From Squalus acanthias (lineage: Eukaryota): a DNA stretch of 64,000 nucleotides. Position 1 is the first letter of the stretch. Each line of letters begins with the position of its first letter. Below are positions 1 to 12,003 of this stretch, one piece after another. The notes under the pieces were generated by a model that made no database searches, was not told where the DNA came from, and saw only the letters and a program-made list of their open reading frames with translations. The stretch lies in assembly GCA_030390025.1 (NCBI GenBank), contig CM059432.1, forward strand, positions 153,576,001 through 153,640,000. Reading direction: 5' to 3'. The position numbers and the translations under genes are program-made.

Positions 1-390
1 CTCCTGCACCAGGGCCTCGAGTGCTGCATCCAAAAATCTAGGAACCCCCTCTCTGCCATGTTGCACCATCTTTCCCTTCCTGTCGATCACACACTCCTCT
101 ACAACGACTTCCAGTACCTGCTGCAGGCAGAATGTACCTCCTCTTTAAGAGGTGCAGGCTGGCTTTAAGAACTGCAGGCTAGTTTTAATTGGTGCTATCC
201 TCGCACGAACTTGGGCCCCCTGCTGAATGTGCAGCCACGCAGCAGCGCATTTAGCATTGGGCTGCATGCCACTATCATTATATTAGCAGCACAAAGTTTG
301 CATGCTGCCTGCATTACTTTGAACGTGCACGGGTTAATCACGTATCGCGATCCCTGCGCCCATTTTCGGGGGCTATCAATTTTTAGCGCC
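1..390 (+). mobile_element. Terminal part of another Harbinger copy of family A/C
   Basis: Revcomp GGCGCTAAAAATTGATAGCCCCCGAAAATGGGCGCAGGG matches the copy C terminus; homologous to about 15350-15745. Confidence 0.8.
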
Positions 391-501
391 AAGTCGCTCC
401 TGTCTTTCTACATATCTCAGACCCTTGAAACTAGGGATCAGCCTCGTGGATCTTGTCTCCACTGTCTTGATGGCTTGAATTTCTGCTTTGTTTCTCAGTG
501 A

Positions 502-1207
502 CCAGTGGGCTGATAAGTGGCAAGTAACATTCACGCCACACAAGTGCCAGGCAATGACCATGTCCAACAAGAGAGAGTCTAGCCACCGCCCTTTGACATT
601 CAATGGCATTACCATCACCGAATACCCCACCATCAACATCCTGGGGGTCACCATTGACCAGAAACTTAACTGGACCAGCCACATAAACACTGTGGCTACA
701 AGAGCAGGTCAGAGGCTGGGTATTCTGCGGCGAGTGTCTCACCTCCTGACTCCCCAAAGCCTTTCCACCATTTACAAGGCACAAGTCAGGAGTGTGATGG
801 AATACTCTCCACTTGCCTGGATGAGTGCAGCTCCAACAACACTCAAGAAGCTCGACACCATCCAGGACAAAGCAGTCCACTTGATTGGCACCCCATCTAC
901 CACCTTATACATTCACTCCCTCCACCACCGGCGTACCATGGCTGCAGTGTGTACCATCTACAAATTGCACTGCAGCAACTCGCCAAGGCTTCTGTGACAG
1001 CACCTCCCAAACCTGCAACTTCTACCGCCTAGAAGGACAAGGGCAACAGGCGCATGGGAACACCATCACCTCAAAGTTCCCCTCCAAGTCACACACCATC
1101 CTGACTTGGAAATATATCACCACCACCTTCTCAAGGGCAATTAGGGATAGGCAATAAATGCTGGCCTTGTCAGTGACGCCCACATCCCAGGAACGAATAA
1201 AAAAAGA
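502..1207 (+). mobile_element. 5'-truncated LINE, second CR1-group family (RT C-terminus + 3' tail)
   Basis: WADKWQVTF..KCQAM, LGVTIDQKLNW, YKAQVRSVMEYS; tail GCCCACATCCCAGGAACGAATAAAAA. Confidence 0.88.
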
Positions 1208-1664
1208 ACTGGACACAGTACTCAATGTGTGGTTTTACCAGAGCACTGCACTGCATGAGATCAATGGAAACAAAAATCGGGAGAGGTGTAAAACGGGCTG
1301 CCGATTTGCTATCGCCTGTATTTCACTATCGCAGAAAGTCAAAATGACCCCCATTCATTTTATTTTGGGCCCATTTTAAATTGATTAATACCTCCATTAA
1401 ATGTTCAGCCACTAATATCACCAGCAGTAACATGTCGGCTAGTAAGAGGAACAAAGACTGAAGTCTGTATTTGTTGGGAAATTCTGGTATGGACGGGTCA
1501 AATGTCTGCCAATTTTTACTGTCCATCCATATATAACTGCAGTCGCAAAAGCAACGAAGCCAGCATGGAGTTAGTCTACTTTAGATATGATACAAGCTCA
1601 AGCCAAATGAAAAATGGTTAAAAACTGCTCTACTTACAAAGGCAGAAATTGTTTGCTTTTCAAG

Positions 1665-2100
1665 TATAAGAAAGAACTTGAATTTAGATAACGCCGTTCA
1701 CATCCTCAGGACATCCCAAAGCACTTTACAGCCAATGAAGTACTTTTGATGTGTAGTCACTGTTATAATACAGGAAACACGGCAGCTAATTTGCGTACAG
1801 CAAGATCCAACAAACAACAATGAGATAAATGACCAGATTATCTGGTTGAGTGATAAATATTTGCCAGGAGAACTCTCCTGCTCTGCTGCAAATAGCCATT
1901 GATATTTTACATCCACCTGAGAGGGCAGACCGGGCCTCGTTTTAACATCTCATCCAAAACACGGCACCTGCAACAGTGCGGCACTCCCTCAGTATTGCAC
2001 TGAATCACCTTAGATTACATGTTCAAGTTTCTGGAGTGGGATTGAACCCACAACCTCCTCATTCAGAGACCAGAGTTCTACCACTGAAATAAAGCTGACA
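1665..2100 (-). mobile_element. Deu-domain SINE
   Basis: Homologous to 16785-17248. Confidence 0.82.
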
Positions 2101-2255
2101 TGTAACTAAATATTCTGAATACAATGGATTGTGCAATGGTTCCTTTGAAAATTACAGCTGCTGGTATGGGTAAACCATTGACCCTGATATATATTGCTCA
2201 ATGCTCAAATTTTATAACATTAAATCATCTCAGCATTATTATTGCACTTCATTAG

Positions 2256-3293
2256 GTGGATGTAACGAGTGGTGTGCCACAGGGATCAGTGCTGGGGCCT
2301 CAACTTTTTACAATTTATATAAATGACTTGGATGAAGGGACCGAAGGTATAGTTGCTAAATTTGCTGATGGCACAAAGATAGGTAGGAAAGTAAATTGTG
2401 AAGAGGACATAAGGAGGCTACAAAGGGATATAGATAAGTTAAGTGAGTGGGCAAAGATCTGGCAAATGGAGTATAATGTGGGAAAATGTGAAGTTGTCCA
2501 TTTTGGCAGGAAGAATAAAAAAGAAGCATATTATCTAAATGGTGAAAGATTGCAGAGCTCTGAGATGCAGAGGGATCTGGGTGTCCTAGTGCATGAATCG
2601 CAAAAGGTTACTATGCAGGTACAGCAAGTAATTAGGAAAGCTAATAGAATGTTATCGTTTATTTCGAGGGGAATTGAATACAAAAGTAGGGAGGTTATGC
2701 TTCAGTTATACAGGCCATTGGTGAGACCACATCTGGAGTACTGTGTACAGTATTGGTCTCCTTATTTAAGGAAGGATGTACATGCGTTGGAAGCAGTTCA
2801 GAGAAGGTTTACTAGACTGATACCTGGAATGGGCGGGTTGTCTTATGAGGAAAGGTTGGACAGGCTAGGCTTGTATCTGCTGGAGTTTAGAAGAATAAGA
2901 GGTGACTTGATTGAAACATATAAGATCCTGAGGGGTCTGGACAGGGTGGATGTGGAGAAGATGTTTCCTCTTGTGGGAGAATCTACAACTAGGGGTCACT
3001 GTTTTAAAATAAGGGGTCGCCCATTTAAGACAGAGATGAGGAGAAATTTTTTCTCACAGAGGGTCGTGAGTCTTTGGAACTCTCTTCCTCAGAGGGCGGT
3101 GGAAGCAGAGCCTTTGAATATTTTTAAGGCAGAGGTAGATAGATTCTTGGTAAGCAAGGGGGTGAAAAGTTATCAGGGGTAGGCGGGAATGTGGAGTAAT
3201 CAGATCAGCCATGATCTTATTGAATGGCAGCGCAGGCTCGAAGGGCCGAGTGGCCTACTCCTGCTCCTAATTCGTATGTTCGTGTGTTCGTAT
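2256..3293 (+). mobile_element. CR1 LINE 3' fragment
   Basis: ORF 2256..3182 (GVPQGSVLGP...RRNFFSQRVV); tail of TTCGTATG-like repeats. Confidence 0.92.
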
Positions 3294-4398
3294 AGAATAG
3301 CTAACCATAATGTGCTTGTAAAACTTTATGCTTATGATAAAATAATGCATGTAGGCATTTGCAAAACACACAATCCACTTCACATGCTACATTCATATAA
3401 TATAAACAAAAGCAAGACCCACAGGATATGAGGGCCACATGTGACAGATGATTCCAGATGCCCTTCAACAGCCACGCCTCGGCATCAGTGCCAAGTTGGC
3501 GCTCATGTCGGCCTTATAGTAAAATGTGACTCGGGAAAATATTGTGGCCAAGAAAAACTACCACGCGATAAAGTGATGGACAGTACAAGACTGTGCCAAA
3601 AAAAAATGTATGTATGGTTTGTAAAACAAATATATCGGGCTTGATATTGATTGAAACTTAGATGAAGTTCCATTTGCTCCATTTCTTTTAATCAAAGCAA
3701 ATATACCAGCGTAAACAGTATTCCTTGTACATGCAAACGTGTGTAAACTGCTAAAGTAATGCAATCTACATTAGTGCACAATTATCATTTTGAAGTAGAA
3801 ATGCACAATGGTATATTTTTCAGGATACATAACATATCAGAGTGTAATGCTCTTTTGCTGAAATATTTTTAACAGATGTTATACGGGGACAGGGCTGTGC
3901 AGTGAGTTACCACACTGCCCTTTTCCAGCTGGGACACTTATGGGGTCGTTTTTGAGAAGCTGCACCCCTAGCACGGAGCCTTGCTAGCTGTAAGAATGTG
4001 ACGCAGAATCGGGGATGCTATCTCCAGCCCCTGCTCACATCTAGTAAGGTTTCATGCCAGCAGTAGAGCCTCACAAAATGATCAGCAAAAGGAGACCTTC
4101 AGCCTCTCTCTGCTGGCTGTATGTGTCCTAGTGGAGTGAGTATGAGTGGTCTCAAGCCAGTTCCTTGTGGCAGTATAAAACGGCCCTCATTGGCAATCTC
4201 ATTCAGAAAGGCCTTAACAGTTGGTGGTGTGGGGAATGCAAAAATTCACACTCCCTGATGTTTTATGAGTTTGTTTTTCAGGAGTACTTTCAGTGATACA
4301 TTGAAAAGCTTCATTTGTTGCTGTTTGCTGTCAAGAGTGGGATAAACTTCATGTGCATAGATCAGGAGCCTCACTTCCACAAGTTAAAGTGGTGAATC

Positions 4399-4752
4399 AA
4401 TCATAGAATCATAGAAGATAGGAGCAGGAGTAGGCCATTCGGCCCCTCGAGCCTGCTCCGCCATTCGATGCGATCATGGCTGATCATCCAAATTCAGTAC
4501 CCTGTCCCTGCCTTCTCCCCATATCCCTTGATCCCTTTAGCCTTAAGAAATATATCTAACTCCTTCTTGAATATATTTAATGAATTGGCCTCAACTGCCT
4601 TCTGTGGTAGAGAATTCCACAGGTTCACCACTCTCTGGGTGAAGAAATTCCTCCTCATCTCTGTCCTAAATGGCTTACCCCTTATCTTTAGACTGTGACC
4701 TCTTGTTCTGGACTCCCCCGCCATCGGGAACATCTTTCCTGCATCTAGTCTG
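4399..4752 (-). mobile_element. CR1 LINE 3' fragment
   Basis: ORF 4494..4733 MFPMAGESRTRGHSLKIRG... Confidence 0.9.
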
Positions 4753-6234
4753 TTTGAGCATTAATCCTGTGTGAGTTTCAATATTTTTTTCCACTGGTGG
4801 AAGCATTGATCCATGAGTAATTTTAGTTTACTCATGCTGGATAATAAGACGCAAACTTTTTATCTCCCCCCAAAACTGGTCAGGTTCACCAGTACAGCAT
4901 TTCTGCCCACAGCCTGACTCTGACCCCTGCGTCAATAAAGATCGCCCAGGCAGAGTTCACTGTATTGTTACAATAAAGGACCGTACCATTTAAAGATTAC
5001 TTTAAGAAAAATGCTACAGTTAATCAGAGATATTAATTATGTTTGCCTCCAGCAAAGGAACAGTGATTTCATGGAAAAAGTGACCATATAGGAAGATAAA
5101 TGGGCAAAGTGCTGATCTTAGAGAGGGAAGCAGCAATTTGAAGAGGAATGTGGCAGTGTGAAGAGGGAAATGGCTCTGTGACGAGGGAAGGTGATGAAGG
5201 AAGCGGAAGCCAGAGGAGAACTACAAGCACATGGTGTTTGTGCCGTATCAACTAACTGTCATTTGTAAATTGGTAGGTAAGGAATTGTCAATGAGAAGCA
5301 ATATTTCATTCTTATATGGCTTCATCCATTAGAATGTTATAAACATTGCTCGTAACATTTCAAACAAATGGGCTTTAATTTTCGATTATTTGTTGGATTC
5401 TTGTAGGTCTTCAGAAAACAATCAGTCATTCATTATCGTATAGACTTCCATGATTCTAATTTGGGCGGTGGCCGGTGCGAGATAAGACAGTCCTTTACTG
5501 GAGGAAAAATGATTAAAACAAAGAGTTTTGGGTCGGGTTCCCTGCTAACAGCCACTGTGAACTTTCCAACTATTTTTAGCACAATGGGTACCATGGAGGA
5601 GCTCACAAGGCTAAAAAGCAACCAAAGGATTCTGATTAAATCAAAAACCACAAAAGTGCTGGTTCAACAAATCAAGACTCTCAATTAAATGTCTGAACTC
5701 TCTTTACAACATCTGCTATACCATATGCCTACTAAGTACAATTCTGAAAGAAGAAATTGCCAACAGGTAAACTTTATAGACCTTTATAACTAAACTGCTA
5801 TGAGGAGATTGAGTGGGGTGAAAGTGTTAAAGAAGAAGCGTGTCTTTTAGTGCTGCCTTTAAAACTCAAACATTTAAAACAAATGATGGTCTATTTTAAC
5901 ATTTTTTTTTTTCTATTTGTATATTTGTTCAAGATCTTTGTTCACTCAGTCCTAATGACATCATTAGAACGACCAGATTGACAGTGTTACTATGTGCACA
6001 GGAGAGGAATTAACAAAGTGCCATGATCACAGATATTGGCAACTGACTTATTTTAAAATCAACTTCCCCATACTGTTGGCTTGGTAACTCTTCACAAATG
6101 ACATTGTCAGCGCAGTTAAACAAAAATATTCAAATTTACAGAAGTAGGCTGCAGAAATAGATACTAACATTAGTCACCAACATTTTTTACCTGTTTTTAA
6201 ATGTAGTGGTGGTGAGCCTCCTCTATAAGCTACA

Positions 6235-6700
6235 TAAAAACGTTTAGGAACAGGAAGAACACCTTTAGACTCAACAAGTCCGTTCCTTTTTCACAGATCA
6301 ACCTCACCTACCCACCTTCTCACTATATCCCTTCTCTATCCAGTAATATATCCAATTATCACTCGACCTTGTTTACTAGGTCAGCTTCAATGATGTTCCC
6401 TGGTAACTTCTTCCACAACTAGTTAAGTTACCAAGGATTTTCCTTCTTACTCCTAACTTACTAATGTTTAACTTGTGTCCCCTGGCATTTGAACCCTTCA
6501 TCACAGTGAACAGTTTTATCAATTCCCTTCATAATCTTAAAAACTTAATTAGGACACCTCTTTTTCAAAGAAAACCAGTTCAAGTTTCTTAACCTTTCTT
6601 CATACCTAGAATCATTTTTATTGCTTGCTTAAGTGTTCTCTCATGCACAATAATATCCTTCCTATGTTTAGATGACTAGAACTGCACAGTACCCCAGATC
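6235..6700 (-). mobile_element. Old CR1 3' fragment
   Basis: Degenerate CR1 3'-end sequence (aacttgtgtcccctgg, agaactgcacagta). Confidence 0.55.
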
Positions 6701-7253
6701 TTTCCCTCATCAGCATACAAAACGAATGTAATACTCAATGCTGCAATCCCAAAGTCAGAATGGGAACACACTAAACATGACAACCAGACTCCAGATTACA
6801 TTGAGCAATGCCACGGGAGATCAGCTAGTAATTAAATAGTGTAGGAAATTCAGCTGGAACTGTAATGGGTGTGTCACATTATTTAACTATTTTTATTCGA
6901 GGACAATTTTTCTTAAAGTCTTGACTTTATTTATTTAAATTATTTTTGTTCAAGGAATAATCTCACATTGTCACATAATCCAACATGGCCGGCTTGTGTG
7001 TTTTTGCCAAGATCTGTGTGGATAGCATGGACCAATCAACAATTTTACAGGTTCACTACGTTATTACAGACACACAGACACAAAATGCTCGATATAGATT
7101 ACTCCTACCTTTCAAAATCTTCTTGTTGCAAGCATGTGGTATTTTGCTTGCAAGCAAAGTTTACGGTTTTATGCATTTTGGCTGGCATTTCTGACTTGTT
7201 CAATGCACCTATTGAAAACCAAGAGTTGTACAATTCCTGCCCCCTAGCACTTT

Positions 7254-7465
7254 TGTGAGAAGTCGCACAACACCAGGTTATAGTCCAACAGTTTTATTTG
7301 AAATCACAAGCTTTCGGAGCGCTGCTCCTTCGTCAGACTTCACCTGAGGAAGGAGCAGCGCTCCGAAAGCTTGTGATTTCAAATAAACCTGTTGGACTAT
7401 AACCTGGTGTTGTGCGACTTCTCACATTTGTCCACCCCAGTCCAACACCGGCATCTCCACATCAT
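7254..7465. mobile_element. Palindromic Penelope-like mini-insert with hammerhead ribozyme cores
   Basis: Arms 7254-7336 / 7344-7426, 7-nt loop; 12-bp TSD CCCTAGCACTTT (7242-7253, 7466-7477); CTGAnGA...GAAAGCTT on both strands. Confidence 0.8.
7340..7376 (+). ncRNA. Putative minimal type I hammerhead ribozyme
   Basis: TCAC-CTGAGGA-A-GGAGC(AGC)GCTCC-GAAA-GC-TT-GTGA: helix I TCAC/GTGA, helix II GGAGC/GCTCC, self-complementary AAGCTT at the helix III position. Confidence 0.6.
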
Positions 7466-7653
7466 CCCTAGCACTTTGTAAAAGATCATTTTTTATGGAT
7501 TAAGGATGCTAGGCATTGCTATTTGCTTCTTTCTAAATAGTAAGCTGATAAACTATTGAAATCCGCATCAAAACAAAGGAGATTTTCCATCTAGCTAATG
7601 TTCCTTTCGGTTCCATATTCTAGTTTGTAGGTAAGATAAAACAAAGAACTGAC

Positions 7654-7756
7654 CTGGGGTTCAGAGAATGCTTGCTGAATGCTGTTTATTGGACCATATG
7701 GTACACCACTACCTTCAAACAGTTGCAACCAGTCTCGTGTTGTCTTGCCTAAAAAT
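7654..7756 (-). CDS. SUGCT: SUGCT internal exon (103 nt): (R)[34 protein letters not shown]
   Basis: gcttag|ATTTTTAGGC...CCCCAG|gtcagt. The [16 protein letters not shown] motif matches SUGCT. Its phase-2 start matches the 98-nt exon. Seen partly in ORF 7591..7791. Confidence 0.95.
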
Positions 7757-8284
7757 CTAAGCATAAAAGAGTTCTGTGGTTTAAACATCATGTACTGATT
7801 TTGAAACTGTACTGCAGTATATCACTTAATTTGCAGTAGCCAGCAATAAAATAAAGATACACATTTCTTTGCAAAGCTAAACTCTGCCCTGAGGCTGTGA
7901 GAGATGATATTCTCCAGATCAGATGTTTCCTTGATTTGAATGCAACCAAAATTTTACAATGCAAGCAAAAATATATTGTCTACAGGAACTTAAATATTTT
8001 TATGAATCTGCTTAATTTTATCTTTCCCAAATGTTATTCCAAAGATAAATATTTATATTTGAAGTTAAACACAACAGTTTTTCTAAGCTTGAGGAAAGAA
8101 AATCAAATTCATATTGGTTTTAACAAAATTTCTGGAGCTGTATTTAGGCCTTTGTATCTGGAGGCTGTGTAAATCACAAGAAAATTACTTCGATATTAAA
8201 AATTAGTATCCAAAAGTGGATTGGGGAGTTATAAATCGCAGGGCAGTATAGAAAACATATATTTTGCAGCGCAGTGGAACATCC

Positions 8285-8597
8285 ATTATTCTGACAGGAG
8301 GGTTGGTAACCGGAGGACACAGATTTAAGGTAATTGGCAAAAGAAGCAAGGGGAAATTAGGAGAAATACTTTTACACAGCGAGTTGTTATGATCAGGAAT
8401 GCATTGCCTGAAAGGGTGGTGAAAGCACATTCAATAGTAATTTTCAAAAGGGAATTGGATATATACTTGAAAAGGAAAACTTTTCAGGGCTATGGCGAAA
8501 GAGCAGGGGAGTGGAACCAATTGAATAGCTCTTTCAAAGAGCCGACACAGGCCCAATGGGCCGAATGGCTTCCTTCTGTGCTGTAAGATTCTATGAT
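8285..8597 (+). mobile_element. CR1 3' fragment
   Basis: ORF 8389..8586 and a GATTCTATG tail. Confidence 0.85.
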
Positions 8598-9239
8598 CCT
8601 TGATCCAATTATCTGCCAGAATTTTTGTGGGACAAAGCCTTGCATGAGATTTCATCTTACTGTACAGGCCATCAGCATTGACCTCTGCCTATCCGACATA
8701 ATTCAACTTCACAGTCCATGAAAGACTAAATTCAATCTTTGTTCTTTGCATTCATTCTCATGCCTAGACTATTACTCATGGAAGATAAAACTTTGGCAGC
8801 TCTCATTTAGCTGCCAATTTTGATTTCTACCAAGCAGTCGCTCAATTGTTACAAATAGAGGTGTTGCATTTTTGGGTTTCTTTATTCTTTTTTACTCCAG
8901 ATATTTTTGCCTCCTGTCTTTGAGACTACTCCCATAGGTGAGTTCTAGCTTCTTATGTTCCAGGAACTGTGTTCACTTTCCCAGATAGTGAGGTAAAATT
9001 CATATTCTGCTCAGAGAACTGATTGAAAACCCTTTTCAGTTTACATCAGCTACTGATTTAATCACACGTGCTCACATAATTTTCCTTGTCTTCAGAAGGT
9101 GGCAGAATAGCACTACATAACACTTTGACTTGGGTTTATTACTGTCAAAGAAACATATTAAGGAATAGCAGAATAAGTGATTAGTAATAGTAATACAATG
9201 TATCATTTTACATTAGTTATTAAGCTTTGCTTGTTCCTA

Positions 9240-9695
9240 AAGATTATACCAGAACTGAGAGGTTATAGCCATCAGGAAAGACCAAACAGGCTAGGGCTCT
9301 TTTCTCTAGAAAAGAGAAGGCTTAGAGGTGACTTGATAGAGGTCTTTAAAAATAAAGGGGTTCAATAGGGTAGACATAGAGAAGATGCATCCAATTGTAG
9401 GGGATTCAAAAACTAGGGGCCATAAATATAAGATAGTCACTAATAAATCCAATAGGGAGTTCAGGAGGAACACCTTTACCCAGAGAGTGGTTAGAATGTG
9501 GAACGTGCTACCACAAGGAGTAGTTGAGGCAAATAGCATCGATGCATTTAAGGGGAAGCTAGATAAGCACATGAGGGCGAAAAGAATAGAAGGGTATGCT
9601 GGTAGGGTTATATGAAGAGGGGTGGGAGGAAGCTCAGGTGGAGCATTAACCAGTTGGGCCGAATGGCCTGTTTCTATGCTGTAGATTCGATGTAG
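9240..9695 (+). mobile_element. CR1 3' fragment
   Basis: LGLFSLEKRRLRGDLIEVFK; TRGHKYKIV. Confidence 0.88.
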
Positions 9696-9798
9696 ATGAT
9701 GTATAGTAGTAGAACATAATGAATAGCTCACAACTACAGTGCTAAATTATGATGCAAGTAATTTTTCATATATGAAAGCTAGCTGGCCTGACTATGAC

Positions 9799-9898
9799 TG
9801 GGAATTTCCTCAAAGATGCTCCCACTCCGCCGCCGTAACTTAGCGGGGTTTCTGCCACACTTCCGGTGAAGTTACGGCTTGCTCCGGGGAAATTCCTG
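9799..9898. mobile_element. ~100-bp hairpin MITE
   Basis: GGGAATTTCC...GGAAATTCC ends and internal GCCGTAACTT/AAGTTACGGC arms; a similar degenerate element lies at ~55787-55930. Confidence 0.5.
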
Positions 9899-10044
9899 AT
9901 CTATTGCTCTTCCAAGGCTCCAGACAAATGGTCTTATTTGAAAAATATAGGCTGATCAATAACTTAAAAAAATCATTGTGACCCACTGAATTTAAATAAC
10001 TTTTTGTTAAAATCAAAAAAATAAGCTGCTAATCAAAAACATAC

Positions 10045-10255
10045 TTGGAAATATATCGCCGTTCCTTCATCGTTGCTGCGTCAAAATCCTGGAACTCCCT
10101 CCCTAACAGCACTGTGGGAACACCTTCACCACACGGACTGCAGCGGTTCAAGAAGGCGGCTCACCACCACCTTCTCAAGGGCAATTAATGATGGGCAGTA
10201 AATGCTGGCCTTGCCAGCAACACCCACATCCCAGGAACGAATAAATTAAAAAAAT
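10045..10255 (+). mobile_element. 3' end fragment of the second LINE family
   Basis: Same tail sequence as 502-1207. Confidence 0.85.
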
Positions 10256-10759
10256 TTGAATAAAAACACACAAGCACCGCTAAATTCGGCTCCGTAGCAC
10301 CCATTTTTTCAGCACTAGGGATGCCATTTTGGCTCCAAAATGGCGTTCACGCCGCGCGTACACAGTTCTGGCGCAGGCTGCACTGGACGCCATTTTGGGT
10401 AAGTCATTAGCGTGGGTGCTGGGAGCATGCACCGGAAGTATGCAGAGTACGCTTCAGCTAATGCCCTCTCTTAAACACGCACAGCTGAACATGCGTTCAG
10501 CAGCAGGAAGGACCCCCCAGCAGTGCTGTTTAAAGGAATCATCAATTGCTTTCAGGTTAGTTGTTGATTGATTCCTACTGGCTCTTGGTGAGTTCGTGGA
10601 TGTGTTTGGTGGTTTGTTATCTGACTTGAAGTTGCTGAAGTGGCAGATTACTTCAAGACTTCGGCTCAGACCAGTTGCTCCCAGACATAGGTGCAGTAAT
10701 TTGGCCTGCAGCATTACATGGAGAATGAGCAGAGGCGATACAGAGGAGGACAAGCTGCT

Positions 10760-11778
10760 CGATGAGGGAGGAGGAGGAAGAGGAGGGGGAAGAAGGGCTC
10801 TCAGCAGGAGGCCATATCCACCCAGGGTCTCCAGGGAGCAATTCTCCTACCTCAACCTCAGCGAGGAACAGTGTTTGCGATGTCTCCGCTTCACTAAGGT
10901 GGTGCTCACTGAAATCTGCCACCTGTTGTAGGCAGAACTGCAGCCTTAGAGCAGGGCGAGGACAGCATTGCCAGTGGCTTTGAAGGTGACCGTAGCTATG
11001 AATTTATGTGTGTCGGGCTCCTTCCAGGCTGGAGTAGGCAATATTTCCAACATCTCCCAGTTCACCGTCCACCGTTGCATAAGGAAAGACACTGAGGCTC
11101 TGTATGCAAAGAGAGGTGAAAACATTTAATTCTTGCCAGAGAGAAGCAGGCGGTGTGAGTACGCGGCTTTGCCAGGATACCAGGCTTCCCCATGGTGTAG
11201 GGTGACATTGACTGCACACATGTCGCTTTGCGGGCGCCGCATGTGAATTCGGAGATGTACAGCAACTGGAAGGGATTCTACTCCCTCAGTGTCCAGCTGG
11301 TGTGCGATCATACTCAGTGCATCATGCAGGTCAATGCCCGGTACCCTGGCAGCAGTCATGATGCCTTCATTCTGCGGCAGTCCGCTGTACCATCTGCATT
11401 TGAGCCACAATGACAAACCAGAGGATAGCTACTGGGTGACAAGGGCTATCCGCTGACCACCTGGCTCATGACTCCAAATGCAACCCAACAACACATGGGC
11501 AACATGCAGATAACAAAAGCCATGTTGCCACATGGAATCTGATAGAACAGACCGTTGGCGTGCTTAAACAACACTTCCGCTGCCTGGACTGTTCTGGAGG
11601 AGCCCTGCAGCACTCACCAGAGTGCGTCTCAAGATTCGGCGTGGTCTGCTGCATGCTCCACAACCTCGCCATCATGAGGGCACAACCCTTGTCACCACAT
11701 ATACGGCAAAGAGGTGAGGAGGAGAAGGAAGAGGTGGAGGCAACCAGCACCGCCCCTTTCTGGCCGGGCTGTCCGTGA
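10760..11778 (+). pseudogene. Harbinger (HARBI1-like DDE) transposase pseudogene
   Basis: Motifs GDIDCTHVALRAP, KGFYSLSVQLVCD, YPGSSHDAFIL, GDKGYPL, IEQTVGVLKQHFRCLD, CCMLHNLA; several stops and frameshifts. Confidence 0.9.
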
Positions 11779-12003
11779 TCGACTCATTCAACTATGGTAC
11801 CAGTGACTCCAACCCCAATTCCCCATTCACAAAGAGTCCCACACCTTACCTTCCCTCTGTTACTGACCATCACAGCGTCCTCGTGGCCACAATGCTACAA
11901 TAAAAGCCACCACCAAACAAACATTCCAAACCAAATTTATAAATCAAAACATCCAATATTATTTACCAAAGCCAATTGATCACCCTTGTGCATTCCCTCA
12001 GTG

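Noticed and set aside
10760..11778. Domesticated HARBI1/NAIF1 host genes
   Set aside because: Multiple stops and frameshifts, several copies and transposon ends indicate decayed transposons.
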